Shown here in pieces: positions 53,477 to 63,519 of a stretch of DNA of 64,000 nt (position 1 is its first letter; each line of letters opens with the position of its first letter). The position numbers and the translations under genes are program-made. Source of the DNA: Candidatus Multivoradales bacterium (GTDB taxonomy: Bacteria; Acidobacteriota; Thermoanaerobaculia; Multivoradales; JAHEKO01); NCBI GenBank assembly GCA_965223855.1, contig CBDCXM010000009.1, positions 2,080,001 to 2,144,000 of the forward strand, read 5' to 3'. A model generated the notes under the pieces. That model had not been told where the DNA came from, made no database searches, and saw nothing but the letters and a program-made list of their open reading frames with translations.

Positions 53477-54663
53477 CAGCCGACCCAATAGCCGTTGGCG
53501 AAGAGCGCCGAGAAGAGGGCGAGCAGGGCGATCGAGATCGAGGTCAGCATGCGATCGAACCACGGCCTCTCACCCCAGCTCGCCAGCAGGGCGAACGCCG
53601 GGAAGAGGACCCAGACGTAGCGTCTCTGGCTCATCAGGAGGCCCGAACTGAAGGAGAGGGTGAGGCAGGCGACGACGAACCCACCCTCGGCCCAGCGACG
53701 CCGGGCGAGGAGGGAGGCGCCGACGAACAGGAACGCCAGCACGGCGAGGACGTCCATCGCGTTGTCGACATGGACCCTTCCGCCGACGAGGTTCCCCCAC
53801 CAGTCCCCGACCGCCGGCATCGCCGACTTCAGCGTCTCGAGCGGCGGTCGCGGAGCCCGTCCCCAGGATCTCGCCGCGGTGGCGAATGCGAACGCATCGC
53901 CGAAGGCGAACCACAGGTGGGTCATGAAGAGCCCCAGGCCGAGGGGAGTGAGCAGCCCCGCGAGAAACCCGAGTCGAGGTGTCGAAGCCGGATCGCGGCG
54001 CCGCTCTTCCCACCAGCACAGGAGGAGCATGAGTCCGACCGCCAGCCCGTGGAGCCTGGTGAGCGACGACAGCACCCCGAGGGCGCCGGCGGTCGCCCAG
54101 CGCCCAGCGCGCGCCCTTTCGAGCGCACCTACCGCGAGCAGCAGGAACAGGGACTCGGTGTAGATCGCCGAGCCGAAAAGGCTCGCCGGGAAGATCAGCA
54201 GGTACCAGAGCGCGCGGTCGGCAAGCTCGGGCCGCTCCCTCGACATCCAGCGGTGGAAGACGACGGCGGCGCCGAGCAGGGCGAGGTTGCTGATCAGGAC
54301 CCCGGCGACCACGGCGTCCAGACCCACCCAGGTGAGGGCCTTCATCAGCATCGGCAGCAACGGGAAGAAGGCGGCCGACGGCAGCTCCACCCCGTGCAGC
54401 TTGTAGCCCTCTTCGACGATGCTGACGTAGAAGCCGGTGTCCCAGCGGCTGCCGAAGATGTCGAGGAGGAGATTGCCCGTACCGCGAAGGTGGTAGGGCG
54501 GCGGGTTCGAGGAGTCGAGGAAGAGGATCGACCCGAGGTATCCGGAGAGGAGGACGATCAGGCGGGACACGGCGAAGGCCGCTACGGGGGCCTGCCAGTC
54601 TCCGCGCCGGCTCCCGCGCCATCCTGGGCCTACGCGGTGCTCGGATCGGACCTGTCCGTTCAA
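53476..54663 (-). CDS. PIG-V-like mannosyltransferase (GT-C)
   Basis: RWDTGFY, AFFPLLP, YTESLFL, R.YV; many TMs. Confidence 0.85.
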   Translation of the reverse strand: MNGQVRSEHRVGPGWRGSRRGDWQAPVAAFAVSRLIVLLSGYLGSILFLDSSNPPPYHLRGTGNLLLDIFGSRWDTGFYVSIVEEGYKLHGVELPSAAFFPLLPMLMKALTWVGLDAVVAGVLISNLALLGAAVVFHRWMSRERPELADRALWYLLIFPASLFGSAIYTESLFLLLAVGALERARAGRWATAGALGVLSSLTRLHGLAVGLMLLLCWWEERRRDPASTPRLGFLAGLLTPLGLGLFMTHLWFAFGDAFAFATAARSWGRAPRPPLETLKSAMPAVGDWWGNLVGGRVHVDNAMDVLAVLAFLFVGASLLARRRWAEGGFVVACLTLSFSSGLLMSQRRYVWVLFPAFALLASWGERPWFDRMLTSISIALLALFSALFANGYWVG

Positions 54664-55436
54664 GGGCTCGCTTCCTCGAGGGCCAGCCAGCGAGCCCTCG
54701 TCCCGCGCAGCGTGCGCCGCACTCGAGCCAGCCCTCGAAGGTCCTCCATGACTGTGCTGGCGATCTTCACCCGGCTGTCGGTGTCCTCGTTCCATGTCAC
54801 CGGCAGGGAGCGAACGTCGAGCCCGATCCGCTCGGCCAACAGCAGCAGTTCGGTGTCGAAGAACCAATGCTCGTTGACGACAAGGGGCAGCAGGTTGCGG
54901 ACGGCGTCCACCCGTACCGCCTTGAAGCCGCACTGGGCATCGTCGAAGCTCCGCGGCCGGAAGAGACAACGGACCAGCAGGTTGTAGCCGCGCGACAGGA
55001 TCTCGCGACGCAGCGATCGGCGTGTGGCGGAAGAGGCGGCCAGCCTCGAGCCGACGACGATGTCCGCCCCGTCAAGGAGCTCGTCGGCAACCTGTGGCAC
55101 GACGTCGAGCTCGGTCGACAGATCGACGTCCATGTAGAGCGAGAAGGTGGCGGACGTCGAGGTCCACGCGTGCTTGAGAGCGAGGCCGCGACCCTTGACT
55201 TCCAGCCGGTCGTAGCGGAAGCGGCGGAAGCGCCCTTCCAGTTCGCGCCCGACCTGCTCGCTGCCGTCGGTCGACCCGTTGTCGACGACGACGATCGACC
55301 AGGAAGGAAGCCGCTGTGACGACAACACGCCGTGAAGTTCCCCGATCGAGTCGGCCAGCACGTGCCGCTCGTTGTAGATCGGGACGACGACATCGAGGGT
55401 CGTCGTCTCACAACTCGAGGAGTTGGGCTTGCTCAT
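54660..55436 (-). CDS. GT2 polyprenyl-phosphate sugar synthase (DPM/DPG-like)
   Basis: VVPIYNE, VDNGSTDGS, YMDVDLS, DAQCGFK, WFFDTELL. Confidence 0.92.
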   Translation of the reverse strand: MSKPNSSSCETTTLDVVVPIYNERHVLADSIGELHGVLSSQRLPSWSIVVVDNGSTDGSEQVGRELEGRFRRFRYDRLEVKGRGLALKHAWTSTSATFSLYMDVDLSTELDVVPQVADELLDGADIVVGSRLAASSATRRSLRREILSRGYNLLVRCLFRPRSFDDAQCGFKAVRVDAVRNLLPLVVNEHWFFDTELLLLAERIGLDVRSLPVTWNEDTDSRVKIASTVMEDLRGLARVRRTLRGTRARWLALEEASP

Positions 55437-56482
55437 GACTTCCTCCGGGTTGCCAGGTTCAACAGGTCGTACGTGTCGAAGGATTCCACCAGGGCGGCGG
55501 TGACGCGATCGGCACACGAGGCGGACGCTGCCGACCGGGCCTCGGTCGGTGCCGGTTCGGGATCGATGCAGAACGCGGCGCGGGACGCGCAGTAGTCTTC
55601 GAAGGCCAGCCTCCCTTCGGAGTCCGCGCTCGGCGAGTCACTCGACGGGACCCACAGGAAGGCGACGATCGCTCCCATCTCGACGGCCTCTTCGGTCAGG
55701 GCGTCGCGGAGCGACTGCGACAGTCCCGCGGCCTTCCGTGCATGGAGCCCCACCCGAACCGAGTAGAGATCCCTGACGAGGTCGAAGGCGTCGAGAAGGC
55801 GAGGCCGCAGCCGGGCGCTGCGCAGCAGTTGCTCCGGAGGAGGCACCGGAGAGTGACGCAGCGACAGTCTCGCGCCGGTCGGCTCGAACTTGGGCTTGGC
55901 GAGATCCCTGAAGTGAAGGAGATTCCTCGAAGGACCGTCGGCGACGATCGGTACGAGGACGAGATCGGGGGTCAGACGGTCCTTCCATCGCCTGAGTGCG
56001 AGGAGAGCCTGATCGTCACCGTAGCCGGGGGCTCCGAGATCCACCACCTCGGCCGCATCTGCGAGTTCCGCGGCCAGTGTGCGAGTCCAGGGGACCCCTT
56101 CGCAATCCGTGTCTCCGGTCGCGACGACGATCGGAGGGGGCGTGCCCGATGCGGACTGGGATCCCTCCGGCGAAGGGGACCGGCTGCCGGTGGGGGTCGT
56201 GGCCGGCGACGGCAGGACGCGCGGAGCCACGTCCACGACCCAGCCGAGTTCCGGGTCGTGTTCCACGGCTCCGTCTTCGACGTCCGGCCGGGAGACGATC
56301 CACTTGAGCTTCCAGGCGACGCTGCTCGAAGGCGGCAACGCCCCGAGTACGGACTCGTTCGCGAGGACGACCCTGGCTCCCCACTCCGCGAGTAGAACGA
56401 GCGCCAGGAGAGGCAGGCCTCTGCGCAGGAGAGTCCGGGAGGACCGTTGAACACCCCTCGGCGAGGGGGGTACCGCCGACAT
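55433..56482 (-). CDS. degenerate SGNH-fold protein (paralogue of 56665-57807)
   Basis: DLGAPGYGDDQ and RNLLHFRDLAKPKF shared with the neighbour; GDS reads GDT; no C-terminal His block. Confidence 0.7.
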   Translation of the reverse strand: MSAVPPSPRGVQRSSRTLLRRGLPLLALVLLAEWGARVVLANESVLGALPPSSSVAWKLKWIVSRPDVEDGAVEHDPELGWVVDVAPRVLPSPATTPTGSRSPSPEGSQSASGTPPPIVVATGDTDCEGVPWTRTLAAELADAAEVVDLGAPGYGDDQALLALRRWKDRLTPDLVLVPIVADGPSRNLLHFRDLAKPKFEPTGARLSLRHSPVPPPEQLLRSARLRPRLLDAFDLVRDLYSVRVGLHARKAAGLSQSLRDALTEEAVEMGAIVAFLWVPSSDSPSADSEGRLAFEDYCASRAAFCIDPEPAPTEARSAASASCADRVTAALVESFDTYDLLNLATRRKS

Positions 56483-56664
56483 GAGCCGAAGCCTCACCTG
56501 CGGACGATTACAGGCCGATGACCTCGTGAGCCGTCCCGGGAGCGGCGCACCGTCGATTTCGTGGCGTCCCTGCTCCCCGGCTGTGAAACACTCCTCGCCG
56601 CTGTCCGCGGAGAATGTCGGCAGGCGCGATGCCGGGATCGTACTGGACTCGAGAATCGACCGTG

Positions 56665-57807
56665 ATGCGCGAAGGACAACCTCAGCCGCCGGAGCCGGAG
56701 GCCCACTTCACCCGGAGGCAGAAGGCCGTCTTCGTGGCGATCTACCTGATCGGCTGCTTCCTCCTGCTCGAGTTTGCCGCCCGGGTCATTCTGGCGGCCG
56801 AAGGGCTTTCGGGGCAGGCGGCGCTGAGGAGCTCGGTCGGCTGGCGCCACTGGTGGGCCGAGCGGCACCAACCCGGGGTGCCGATCTTCTACGGCTTCGA
56901 TGACTACCACCCGACCCGAGGCTGGGCGAGCCGCCCGCTCGTGCGCGGCGACGACACCTTCGGTCCCGACTCGGTCAACACCAACTCGATCGGGCTTCGG
57001 GGGACGACCGAGTTCGCACTGGAGAAAGACCCGGGCAGGCTCCGGATCGCGATCCTCGGAGATTCCTTCACGTTCGGCGACGAGGTTCGCGACGACGAGA
57101 CCTACCCGAGCGTCCTGGCGCGACGGCTCGCTCCGGCTGAGGTGATGAACTTCGGCGTCCACGGCTACGGCCACGATCAGATGTTGCTGCTGCTGCGCGA
57201 GAAGGTGCTCGATCATCGGCCGGATGTCGTCGTCCTCGGCTTCCTTCGTGACGACATGGAGCGCAACATGCTGTCCTTCCGCGACTTCGCCAAGCCGCGG
57301 TTCCGGCTGAAGGACGGTCGGCTGCGCCTGACCAACGTCCCGGTGCCGACCCCGGACCAGGTTCGAGCGCGGGCGAGATGGCGGTCGCGGCTCTTCGACC
57401 TGCTGCTGATCCTGCGGGACAACTACTTCTGGAAGTCGGGCTACAACGACCGGCGGATGGAGCAGCTGACCGCCGCGATTCTCGACGCGATCGTCGGGGA
57501 GTCGATCGCCGGCGGAGCCGTCGTGATCCTGGCGTACCTGCCGCACAGCGAGGAACTCGTCGATCGCGAGCGGCAGACCGACGGGTATCGGTTCTTCAAG
57601 GACTACTGCGCACGGAGAGCCGCTTTCTGCGTCGATCTCCTGCCGGAGTTCCTCGAGGCGATCGACGGCGGGACGCCGGTGCGCTCGCCCGGCCATTGGC
57701 ACGGCAACGGTCATCGGGTGGCCGCGGAAGGCCTCGAGCGGTATCTCCTGGATCGCGGGCTCCTCGATCGCAGTCCCGCCGAGGGTCCGTCCGGCTTGCC
57801 CGAATGA
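56665..57807 (+). CDS. membrane-anchored SGNH/GDSL esterase or acyltransferase
   Basis: LGDSFTFG, NFGVHGYGHDQ, GHWHGNGH. Confidence 0.88.
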   Translation: MREGQPQPPEPEAHFTRRQKAVFVAIYLIGCFLLLEFAARVILAAEGLSGQAALRSSVGWRHWWAERHQPGVPIFYGFDDYHPTRGWASRPLVRGDDTFGPDSVNTNSIGLRGTTEFALEKDPGRLRIAILGDSFTFGDEVRDDETYPSVLARRLAPAEVMNFGVHGYGHDQMLLLLREKVLDHRPDVVVLGFLRDDMERNMLSFRDFAKPRFRLKDGRLRLTNVPVPTPDQVRARARWRSRLFDLLLILRDNYFWKSGYNDRRMEQLTAAILDAIVGESIAGGAVVILAYLPHSEELVDRERQTDGYRFFKDYCARRAAFCVDLLPEFLEAIDGGTPVRSPGHWHGNGHRVAAEGLERYLLDRGLLDRSPAEGPSGLPE

Positions 57808-57861
57808 CCTGAGCCGCGACTCGCCGAGCGTCGGATCGGGATCCGGGCTACAGTCGTCGGC

Positions 57862-58914
57862 GTGAATCTCCCCGTTGAATCGTGGCTGGCGCTCGATCGC
57901 GGAGCAGCCCGGCGTGAGATCGAGGCGATAGGCGAGCCGGCCTTCCGGGCGGAGCAGATCGACCGTTGGGTCTATCGCTCGCTGGTCGACGACTTCGAGG
58001 CGATGACCGATCTGCCGGCCGGCCTCCGGGCGTCGCTCGCGGAGCGCTTCTCTCTGCGCCAGGGGCAGAGCGTCGCCGTGCGTGCGAGCGACGACGGCAC
58101 CCGCAAGGAGCTGCTGCGCTGGCCCGACGGTGCGACGACCGAAACGGTGATGATCCCGGCCGAGGACGACGGACGCCCGCGGCGGACGGTCTGCGTCAGC
58201 ACCCAGGTCGGCTGCGACGTCGGCTGCCGCTTCTGCGCCAGCGGCATCGGCGGGGCGCTCCGCAATCTCGGTGTCGGCGAGGTGATGGAGCAGGTGGTGC
58301 GAACGGCGGCGGCGCTCGACCGCGAGGGAGAGCGACTGAGCCATGTCGTCTTCATGGGGATGGGGGAGCCGCTCGCCAACTTCCGGGTGACGGTCGAGGC
58401 GGTCGAGCGGATCTCGAGTCAACTCGGCATCTCGCGGCGCCGCATCACGGTGAGCACGGTGGGGCTGCCGAAGCAGATCCGGGCGCTCGCCGAAGAAGAC
58501 CTCAAGGCGACGCTGGCGCTGTCGCTTCACGCGCCGAACGCCCGGCTACGCTCAGAGCTGATTCCATGGGCGGAGGCGATCGACTTCGAAGCGATTCTCG
58601 AAGCCTGCTCTCACTACTTCGAGCGGACCGGGCGCGAGGTCACGCTCGAGTACTGCCTGCTCGCCGGAGTCAACGATCGACCGGGCGACGCGGTTGAGCT
58701 CGCCCGTATCGCCCGCCGTCTGCGCGCGCACGTCAACCTGATGATGTACAACCCGGTGGAGGAGCTGCCCTACGAGCGGCCGTCACGCTCGTCGGCGATC
58801 GACTTTCTTCATCGGCTCCGCGATGCCGGGGCCAACGCCCATCTGCGGCACAGCCGCGGGCTCGAGGCGGACGCCGCCTGCGGCCAGCTTCGCCGGCGAG
58901 AAGCCGTCGGCTGA
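57862..58914 (+). CDS. rlmN: radical SAM RNA methyltransferase RlmN
   Basis: CVSTQVGCDVGCRFC, MGMGEP, SLHAP, AACGQL. Confidence 0.95.
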   Translation: MNLPVESWLALDRGAARREIEAIGEPAFRAEQIDRWVYRSLVDDFEAMTDLPAGLRASLAERFSLRQGQSVAVRASDDGTRKELLRWPDGATTETVMIPAEDDGRPRRTVCVSTQVGCDVGCRFCASGIGGALRNLGVGEVMEQVVRTAAALDREGERLSHVVFMGMGEPLANFRVTVEAVERISSQLGISRRRITVSTVGLPKQIRALAEEDLKATLALSLHAPNARLRSELIPWAEAIDFEAILEACSHYFERTGREVTLEYCLLAGVNDRPGDAVELARIARRLRAHVNLMMYNPVEELPYERPSRSSAIDFLHRLRDAGANAHLRHSRGLEADAACGQLRRREAVG

Positions 58915-58935
58915 GCAGCTCGCTCCTGAAGGGCG

Positions 58936-59748
58936 CTACTCGACGACGATGCCGTCGTCGAGCCCGTCTTCCGGCTCCGGGTAGCGCATGTCGAAGCCCT
59001 CGAGGGTCTCGACGAGGATCTGCGAGATGACGAGATTGCGGTACCACTTGCGATCCGCCGGAATGGCGTACCACGGAGCCCAGTCGGTGGAGGTGTTCGT
59101 CAGCGCCGCGTCGTAGGCCTCGAAGTAGTCGCTCCAGAGCTTGCGCTCGGCCAGATCGGCGTGCGAGAACTTCCAGTTCTTCTCCGGGGTCTCGAGGCGG
59201 GCTTCGAGCCGCTTCTTCTGTTCGTCCTTCGAGATGTGGAGGAAGAACTTGAGGATGGTCGTTCCCTCGTCCGCCAGGAGGCGCTCGAAGTCGGCGATGT
59301 GCCGGTAGCGGCGGGACCAGATGGCTTCGGGTACGAGCTCCCGGACCCTGACGACCAGAACGTCCTCGTAGTGGCTGCGGTTGAACACCGTGATCTGACC
59401 ACGGCGCGGCGTGTGACGATGGACCCGCCACAGGTAGTCGTGAGCGAGCTCGCGTTCGGTCGGCTTCTTGAAGCTGGCGACCTTGACCCCCTGCGGGTTC
59501 GTGCCGTCGAAGACGTGGCGGATCGTGCCGTCCTTGCCGCCGGTGTCCATCGCCTGGAGGACGACGAGCACCTTGCGGCGCCCCTCGGCGTAGAGCAGCT
59601 CCTGCAGAGCCTCGAGGCGCCGGTTGAGACGCCGGGTCTCCTCCTTCGCTTCGGCCTTGGTGCCCGACCACAGGGCGCCGTCGCGGGGACTGCGGCTCTC
59701 GAGAGCGGCCGCCGAGCCGGGCTCGATTCGATAGAGGTGAGCCGTCAT
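58936..59748 (-). CDS. ppk2: polyphosphate kinase 2 (class III-like)
   Basis: QAMDTGGKDG, HDYLWR, FNRSHYEDVL, PADRKWYR. Confidence 0.93.
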   Translation of the reverse strand: MTAHLYRIEPGSAAALESRSPRDGALWSGTKAEAKEETRRLNRRLEALQELLYAEGRRKVLVVLQAMDTGGKDGTIRHVFDGTNPQGVKVASFKKPTERELAHDYLWRVHRHTPRRGQITVFNRSHYEDVLVVRVRELVPEAIWSRRYRHIADFERLLADEGTTILKFFLHISKDEQKKRLEARLETPEKNWKFSHADLAERKLWSDYFEAYDAALTNTSTDWAPWYAIPADRKWYRNLVISQILVETLEGFDMRYPEPEDGLDDGIVVE

Positions 59749-59755
59749 CGCGTGG

Positions 59756-60667
59756 CTACCAACTTCCCGATGCGCCGCCGCCGCCGAAACTGCCTCCACC
59801 GCCGGAGAAGCCGCCCCCCGAGAATCCACCGCCGGAGAAGCCCCCGCCGGAGAACCCGCCGCCTCTCCAGCCACGACTCGATGACCAGCCGGTGCCGCCG
59901 GAGCGCTTGCGGGCGAAGATCAGATGAAGGATCGGGAAGGCGACCAGCCAGGCCGCGGCGAAGATGACTCCGGCGCGCAGGTTCACCATCACGGCCGGGA
60001 CGCCGAACCAGAACGGCGTCAGCATGAGGTAGAGAAACCAGCTACCGCACCCCTTGGTGGAGATCGCGCCGATGGTGAAGGGGGCGATCATGAAGAGGAA
60101 GAAGACAAAGGCGCCGATCGGCACGCCTCTGGGAGCCGTCCCGCGAGCCTCGCCCGGCGGGGGCAGCAGGTCGTCTCCCTCGACCAGGCCGGCGAGCACC
60201 TCGACCGCCCGCTCGACGCCGCCGTCGAAATCGCCGGCGCGGAATCGCGGCCGCAGCACCTCGTCGAGGATCCGGCGGCTGTAGGCGTCGGTGATCGCCC
60301 CCTCGAGGCCGTACCCCACTTCGATCCGCATCTTGCGGTCGTCTCGGGCGATCAGGAGCAGGACACCGTCGTCCGCCCCCTCGCGTCCGAGTTGCCAGGT
60401 TTCGGCGACCCGCAGCGAGAACGCTTCGATCGCCTCTCCCTCGAGACTGGGAATCGTCAGGACCGCGATCTGCGAGCCCTCCGTCGCCTCGAGTCGCTCC
60501 AGGCGTTCGTCGAGCCGGGTCTCGACGCCGGAGGAGAGCATGTCGGCCAGGTCGTTGACGCGACCGGTGAGGAAGGGCACTTCGAGGGCGCCGAGCGGAA
60601 GCGCGAGGGAGGCCAGGAGCGTTGCTGCGGCGAGGCCTCGCGACAGGCTGATCCTCGACCGACTCAT
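59756..60667 (-). CDS. TPM-domain (YgcG-like) membrane protein with Gly-rich tail
   Basis: GRVNDLA, IEVGYGLEG, (GGFSG)n GGGASGSW. Confidence 0.92.
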   Translation of the reverse strand: MSRSRISLSRGLAAATLLASLALPLGALEVPFLTGRVNDLADMLSSGVETRLDERLERLEATEGSQIAVLTIPSLEGEAIEAFSLRVAETWQLGREGADDGVLLLIARDDRKMRIEVGYGLEGAITDAYSRRILDEVLRPRFRAGDFDGGVERAVEVLAGLVEGDDLLPPPGEARGTAPRGVPIGAFVFFLFMIAPFTIGAISTKGCGSWFLYLMLTPFWFGVPAVMVNLRAGVIFAAAWLVAFPILHLIFARKRSGGTGWSSSRGWRGGGFSGGGFSGGGFSGGGFSGGGGSFGGGGASGSW

Positions 60668-61320
60668 TCGTCGAGAACCCTGGGTTCGTCGGCCAGTTCG
60701 TTGGCGTCGTCGTCGCGCCGCTCGACGCCATGGGCCTCGAGCAAAGCGCCACATCGCTCCACCGCCTGCACGAGGGCGGCGCCGGCTCGCCCGTCGTGGA
60801 GACCCGACGTCAGATCGGCGACGATCTCGCGCCACGCTTCCTCGTCCACCGATTTCTTGATTCCCTCGTCCGAGAGCACCTCGACCCGGCGCTCGAAGAT
60901 CGAAACGAAGATCAGGATGCCCGTGCGGTCGCGGGTGCTGAACACCTCCTCGTCGACGAACGCCGCCGTCGCCCGCTGGTGTACCCGATCGCGGAGCGTC
61001 TCGAAGCCGGCGAGCTCCCGCCTGGCGAACGGGATTGCGGTGGTCAGCAGCCAGCCGGTCGCGGCGCCGGCGAACGGGACGAGACCGGCCCAGAGGAAGA
61101 GGTTCGGGTTCCAGAACTCGATCGCGAAGATGCCGTAGGCGGTCAGGAGGGCGCCGGCGAGAGCGCCGAGAGTGGCGGCGAGCCAGCGAGCCTCCTCGTA
61201 GTCGTCCGACTTCGAGACGAGCACGCACACCAGCTCCCCCGAAGTGCGCCGCTCGGCAGCCTGAGTCGCCTTGCGGACCGCTTCGAGGTCGGTGTCGCTG
61301 AAGTAGCTGCGGACCGACAA
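60664..61320 (-). CDS. TPM-domain membrane protein
   Basis: AERRTSGEL, TRDRTGILIFVS, NELAD; lemA-TPM-TPM order. Confidence 0.88.
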   Translation of the reverse strand: MSVRSYFSDTDLEAVRKATQAAERRTSGELVCVLVSKSDDYEEARWLAATLGALAGALLTAYGIFAIEFWNPNLFLWAGLVPFAGAATGWLLTTAIPFARRELAGFETLRDRVHQRATAAFVDEEVFSTRDRTGILIFVSIFERRVEVLSDEGIKKSVDEEAWREIVADLTSGLHDGRAGAALVQAVERCGALLEAHGVERRDDDANELADEPRVLDE

Positions 61321-61340
61321 CGGCTCAGCCAGAGGGGCGC

Positions 61341-61925
61341 CTAGAACTCCACCGTCGGTGGCGTCTCGGCTCCCTCGGTCGCCTCGAAGTAGGGCTTGTC
61401 CTCGAAGCCGAACATCTTGGCGATCAGGTTCGTCGGGAACTGGCGCTTGACGGTGTTGTAGTCACGGGTCGCCTCGTTGAACCGCTGGCGCTCGACGGCG
61501 ATCCGGTTCTCCGTCCCTTCGAGCTGCGCCTGGAGGTCACGGAAGGCGTCGGTCGCCCGCAGTTCCGGATAGCGCTCGACGACGACGAGCAGACGCGAAA
61601 GTGCCGCCGACAGGCCGTCCTGAGCCGCCTGGTATTCCTGGAGCTGTTCCACGCTCGGAGCGTTCTCGAAGTTGATCTGCGACACCTTCGATCGCGCTTC
61701 GACGACCTGCGTGAAGGTCTCCTGCTCGAACTCAGCCGCCCCCTTGACCGTGGCGACGAGGTTCGGGATCAGGTCGGCCCGGCGCTGATACTGGCTCTCG
61801 ACCTGACTCCACGCTCCTTCGACCCCCTCCTGAAGGGCGACGAGGCGGTTGTAGCCGCAGCCGGGCAGGGTCAGGACCAGGGCGCCGGCGAGGGCGAGAC
61901 GCGAAATGGCTTGCCGTGAAAACAT
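61341..61925 (-). CDS. lemA: LemA family lipoprotein
   Basis: LPGCGYN, YQRRADLIPNLV, YPEL, QLEGTENRI. Confidence 0.95.
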   Translation of the reverse strand: MFSRQAISRLALAGALVLTLPGCGYNRLVALQEGVEGAWSQVESQYQRRADLIPNLVATVKGAAEFEQETFTQVVEARSKVSQINFENAPSVEQLQEYQAAQDGLSAALSRLLVVVERYPELRATDAFRDLQAQLEGTENRIAVERQRFNEATRDYNTVKRQFPTNLIAKMFGFEDKPYFEATEGAETPPTVEF

Positions 61926-61966
61926 CGGTTCCTCCTTCAGGTCGGGTCAGAAGCCGAAGCGTATCA

Positions 61967-63070
61967 ATGCCGCCACCGTCCGTGAGAGAACCGTCCGTCG
62001 CCGCTCCCGGCCCTCCGCGACGGATCCTCCACTGCGACATGGACTGCTTCTACGCCGCGGTCCACATGCGCGACGATCCTCGGTTGCGCGGAAAGCCGGT
62101 CGTCATCGGCGGGCGGCCGGACAGCCGCGGCGTGGTGGCGGCCGCAAGCTACGAGGCGCGCGCTTTCGGGGTGCGCTCGGCGATCCCGTGCGCACGGGCG
62201 GCGCGGCTGTGCCCGGACGCGATCTTCCTCCGCCCGGAGTTTCCTCGCTACCGCGCCGAATCGGCGAAGGTGTTCGAGATCTTCCGGCGCTTCACGCCGG
62301 TCGTCCAGGTGGTGTCGATCGACGAGGCGTATCTCGACGTCACCGAGCATCTGGGCGAGTGGGGCAGTGCGACCGCGATCGCCGAGGCGATCCGCGACCG
62401 TGTGGGGCAGGAGCGGGGGCTGACCGTCAGCGTCGGCGTCGGGCCTTCGAAGTTGATCGCCAAGATCGCCTCGGACGCCGACAAGCCGGACGGGTTGACC
62501 ATCGTCAAGCCGGCACGGGTGCAGAGCTTCCTCGATCCGCTGCCGGTGCGAGCACTGCCGGGGGTCGGTCCGGCGACCGGCAAGCGGCTGGCGAAGGCGG
62601 GCATCGAGACGATCCGGCAGCTGCGCGCCGTCGATCCGCTGCGGTTGGAGGGGTTGCTGGGAAGCTACGGCAGGCGTCTGGCGCAGTTCGCCGTCGGGAT
62701 CGACGATCGGCCGGTGCACACGGAGCGTGAGCGTAAGAGCCTGTCGAGCGAGCGCACCTACGAGAGCGATCTGGCCGAGCTCGACGCCATCCTGCCGGAG
62801 CTCGACCGCTTGTCGGAGCAGGTCGCCGCGGGGCTCGAGAAGCGCGAGATCGCCGCCTGCACGGTTGTCATCAAGGTCCGCTACTCGGACTTCACGACGG
62901 TCACCCGTTCCCAGACCCTGCCGCAGCCGACGGCCGATGGCGAGGTCGTTCGCGCGGTGGCACGCAGGCTCCTCGACAAGACGGAGGCGGGCGAACGCCC
63001 GGTGCGCCTGCTGGGCGTGGGCGGCTCGAATCTGGTGCCCGGGCGGGTCAGTCAACTGCCGCTCTTCTGA
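61967..63070 (+). CDS. dinB: DNA polymerase IV
   Basis: HCDMDCFYA, ASYEARAFGV, SIDEAYLD, KPDG, VRLLGV. Confidence 0.95.
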   Translation: MPPPSVREPSVAAPGPPRRILHCDMDCFYAAVHMRDDPRLRGKPVVIGGRPDSRGVVAAASYEARAFGVRSAIPCARAARLCPDAIFLRPEFPRYRAESAKVFEIFRRFTPVVQVVSIDEAYLDVTEHLGEWGSATAIAEAIRDRVGQERGLTVSVGVGPSKLIAKIASDADKPDGLTIVKPARVQSFLDPLPVRALPGVGPATGKRLAKAGIETIRQLRAVDPLRLEGLLGSYGRRLAQFAVGIDDRPVHTERERKSLSSERTYESDLAELDAILPELDRLSEQVAAGLEKREIAACTVVIKVRYSDFTTVTRSQTLPQPTADGEVVRAVARRLLDKTEAGERPVRLLGVGGSNLVPGRVSQLPLF

Positions 63071-63101
63071 GTCGCCGGGCTCTAGCACCCGACGCGATCG
63101 C

Positions 63102-63467
63102 TCACCCGCGGCGCCATCGCTCGATTTCGCGGCGCTCCTTCTTCGTCGGGCGGCCGCGACCGCGCTCCCTCCTCAGGGCCGGCGTCGGCGCCGGAGCGTC
63201 GGGGTCGGGTGGGGGAGGGCTCCGGTCGTCGAACAGCCTCGGCACCTCCGCCTTCGGCAGCGGTCGCCCGGCCAGCTCCTTCACGACGAGCACCCGCAGC
63301 CGGTCCCTGAGCTCGATCTCGACCCGGTCGTCGACCTCGAGGGAGCGGTGCGGCTTGGCCCGCAGGTCGTTGACCCGCACGCGCCCGAGCTTGCAGGCAC
63401 GGGTCGCGCGGCTGCGCGTCTTGAACACACGCGCCACCTGGAGCCATTTGTCGAGCCGCACCGCCAC
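63102..63467 (-). CDS. Hsp15-like S4-domain RNA-binding protein
   Basis: VRLDKWL..ARVFKTRS, GRPTKKERR. Confidence 0.9.
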   Translation of the reverse strand: MAVRLDKWLQVARVFKTRSRATRACKLGRVRVNDLRAKPHRSLEVDDRVEIELRDRLRVLVVKELAGRPLPKAEVPRLFDDRSPPPPDPDAPAPTPALRRERGRGRPTKKERREIERWRRG

Positions 63468-63519
63468 CCCGCGAGGGTAGCGCGATCGGCGGGCGCCCGC
63501 CGGTAGAATTCGGCCACCG

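Noticed and set aside
59765-59865. 15-bp periodic repeats
   Set aside because: They encode the normal GGFSG tail of TPM proteins
59756-61925. lemA-TPM-TPM cluster as a new system
   Set aside because: Widespread known gene order with nothing unusual here
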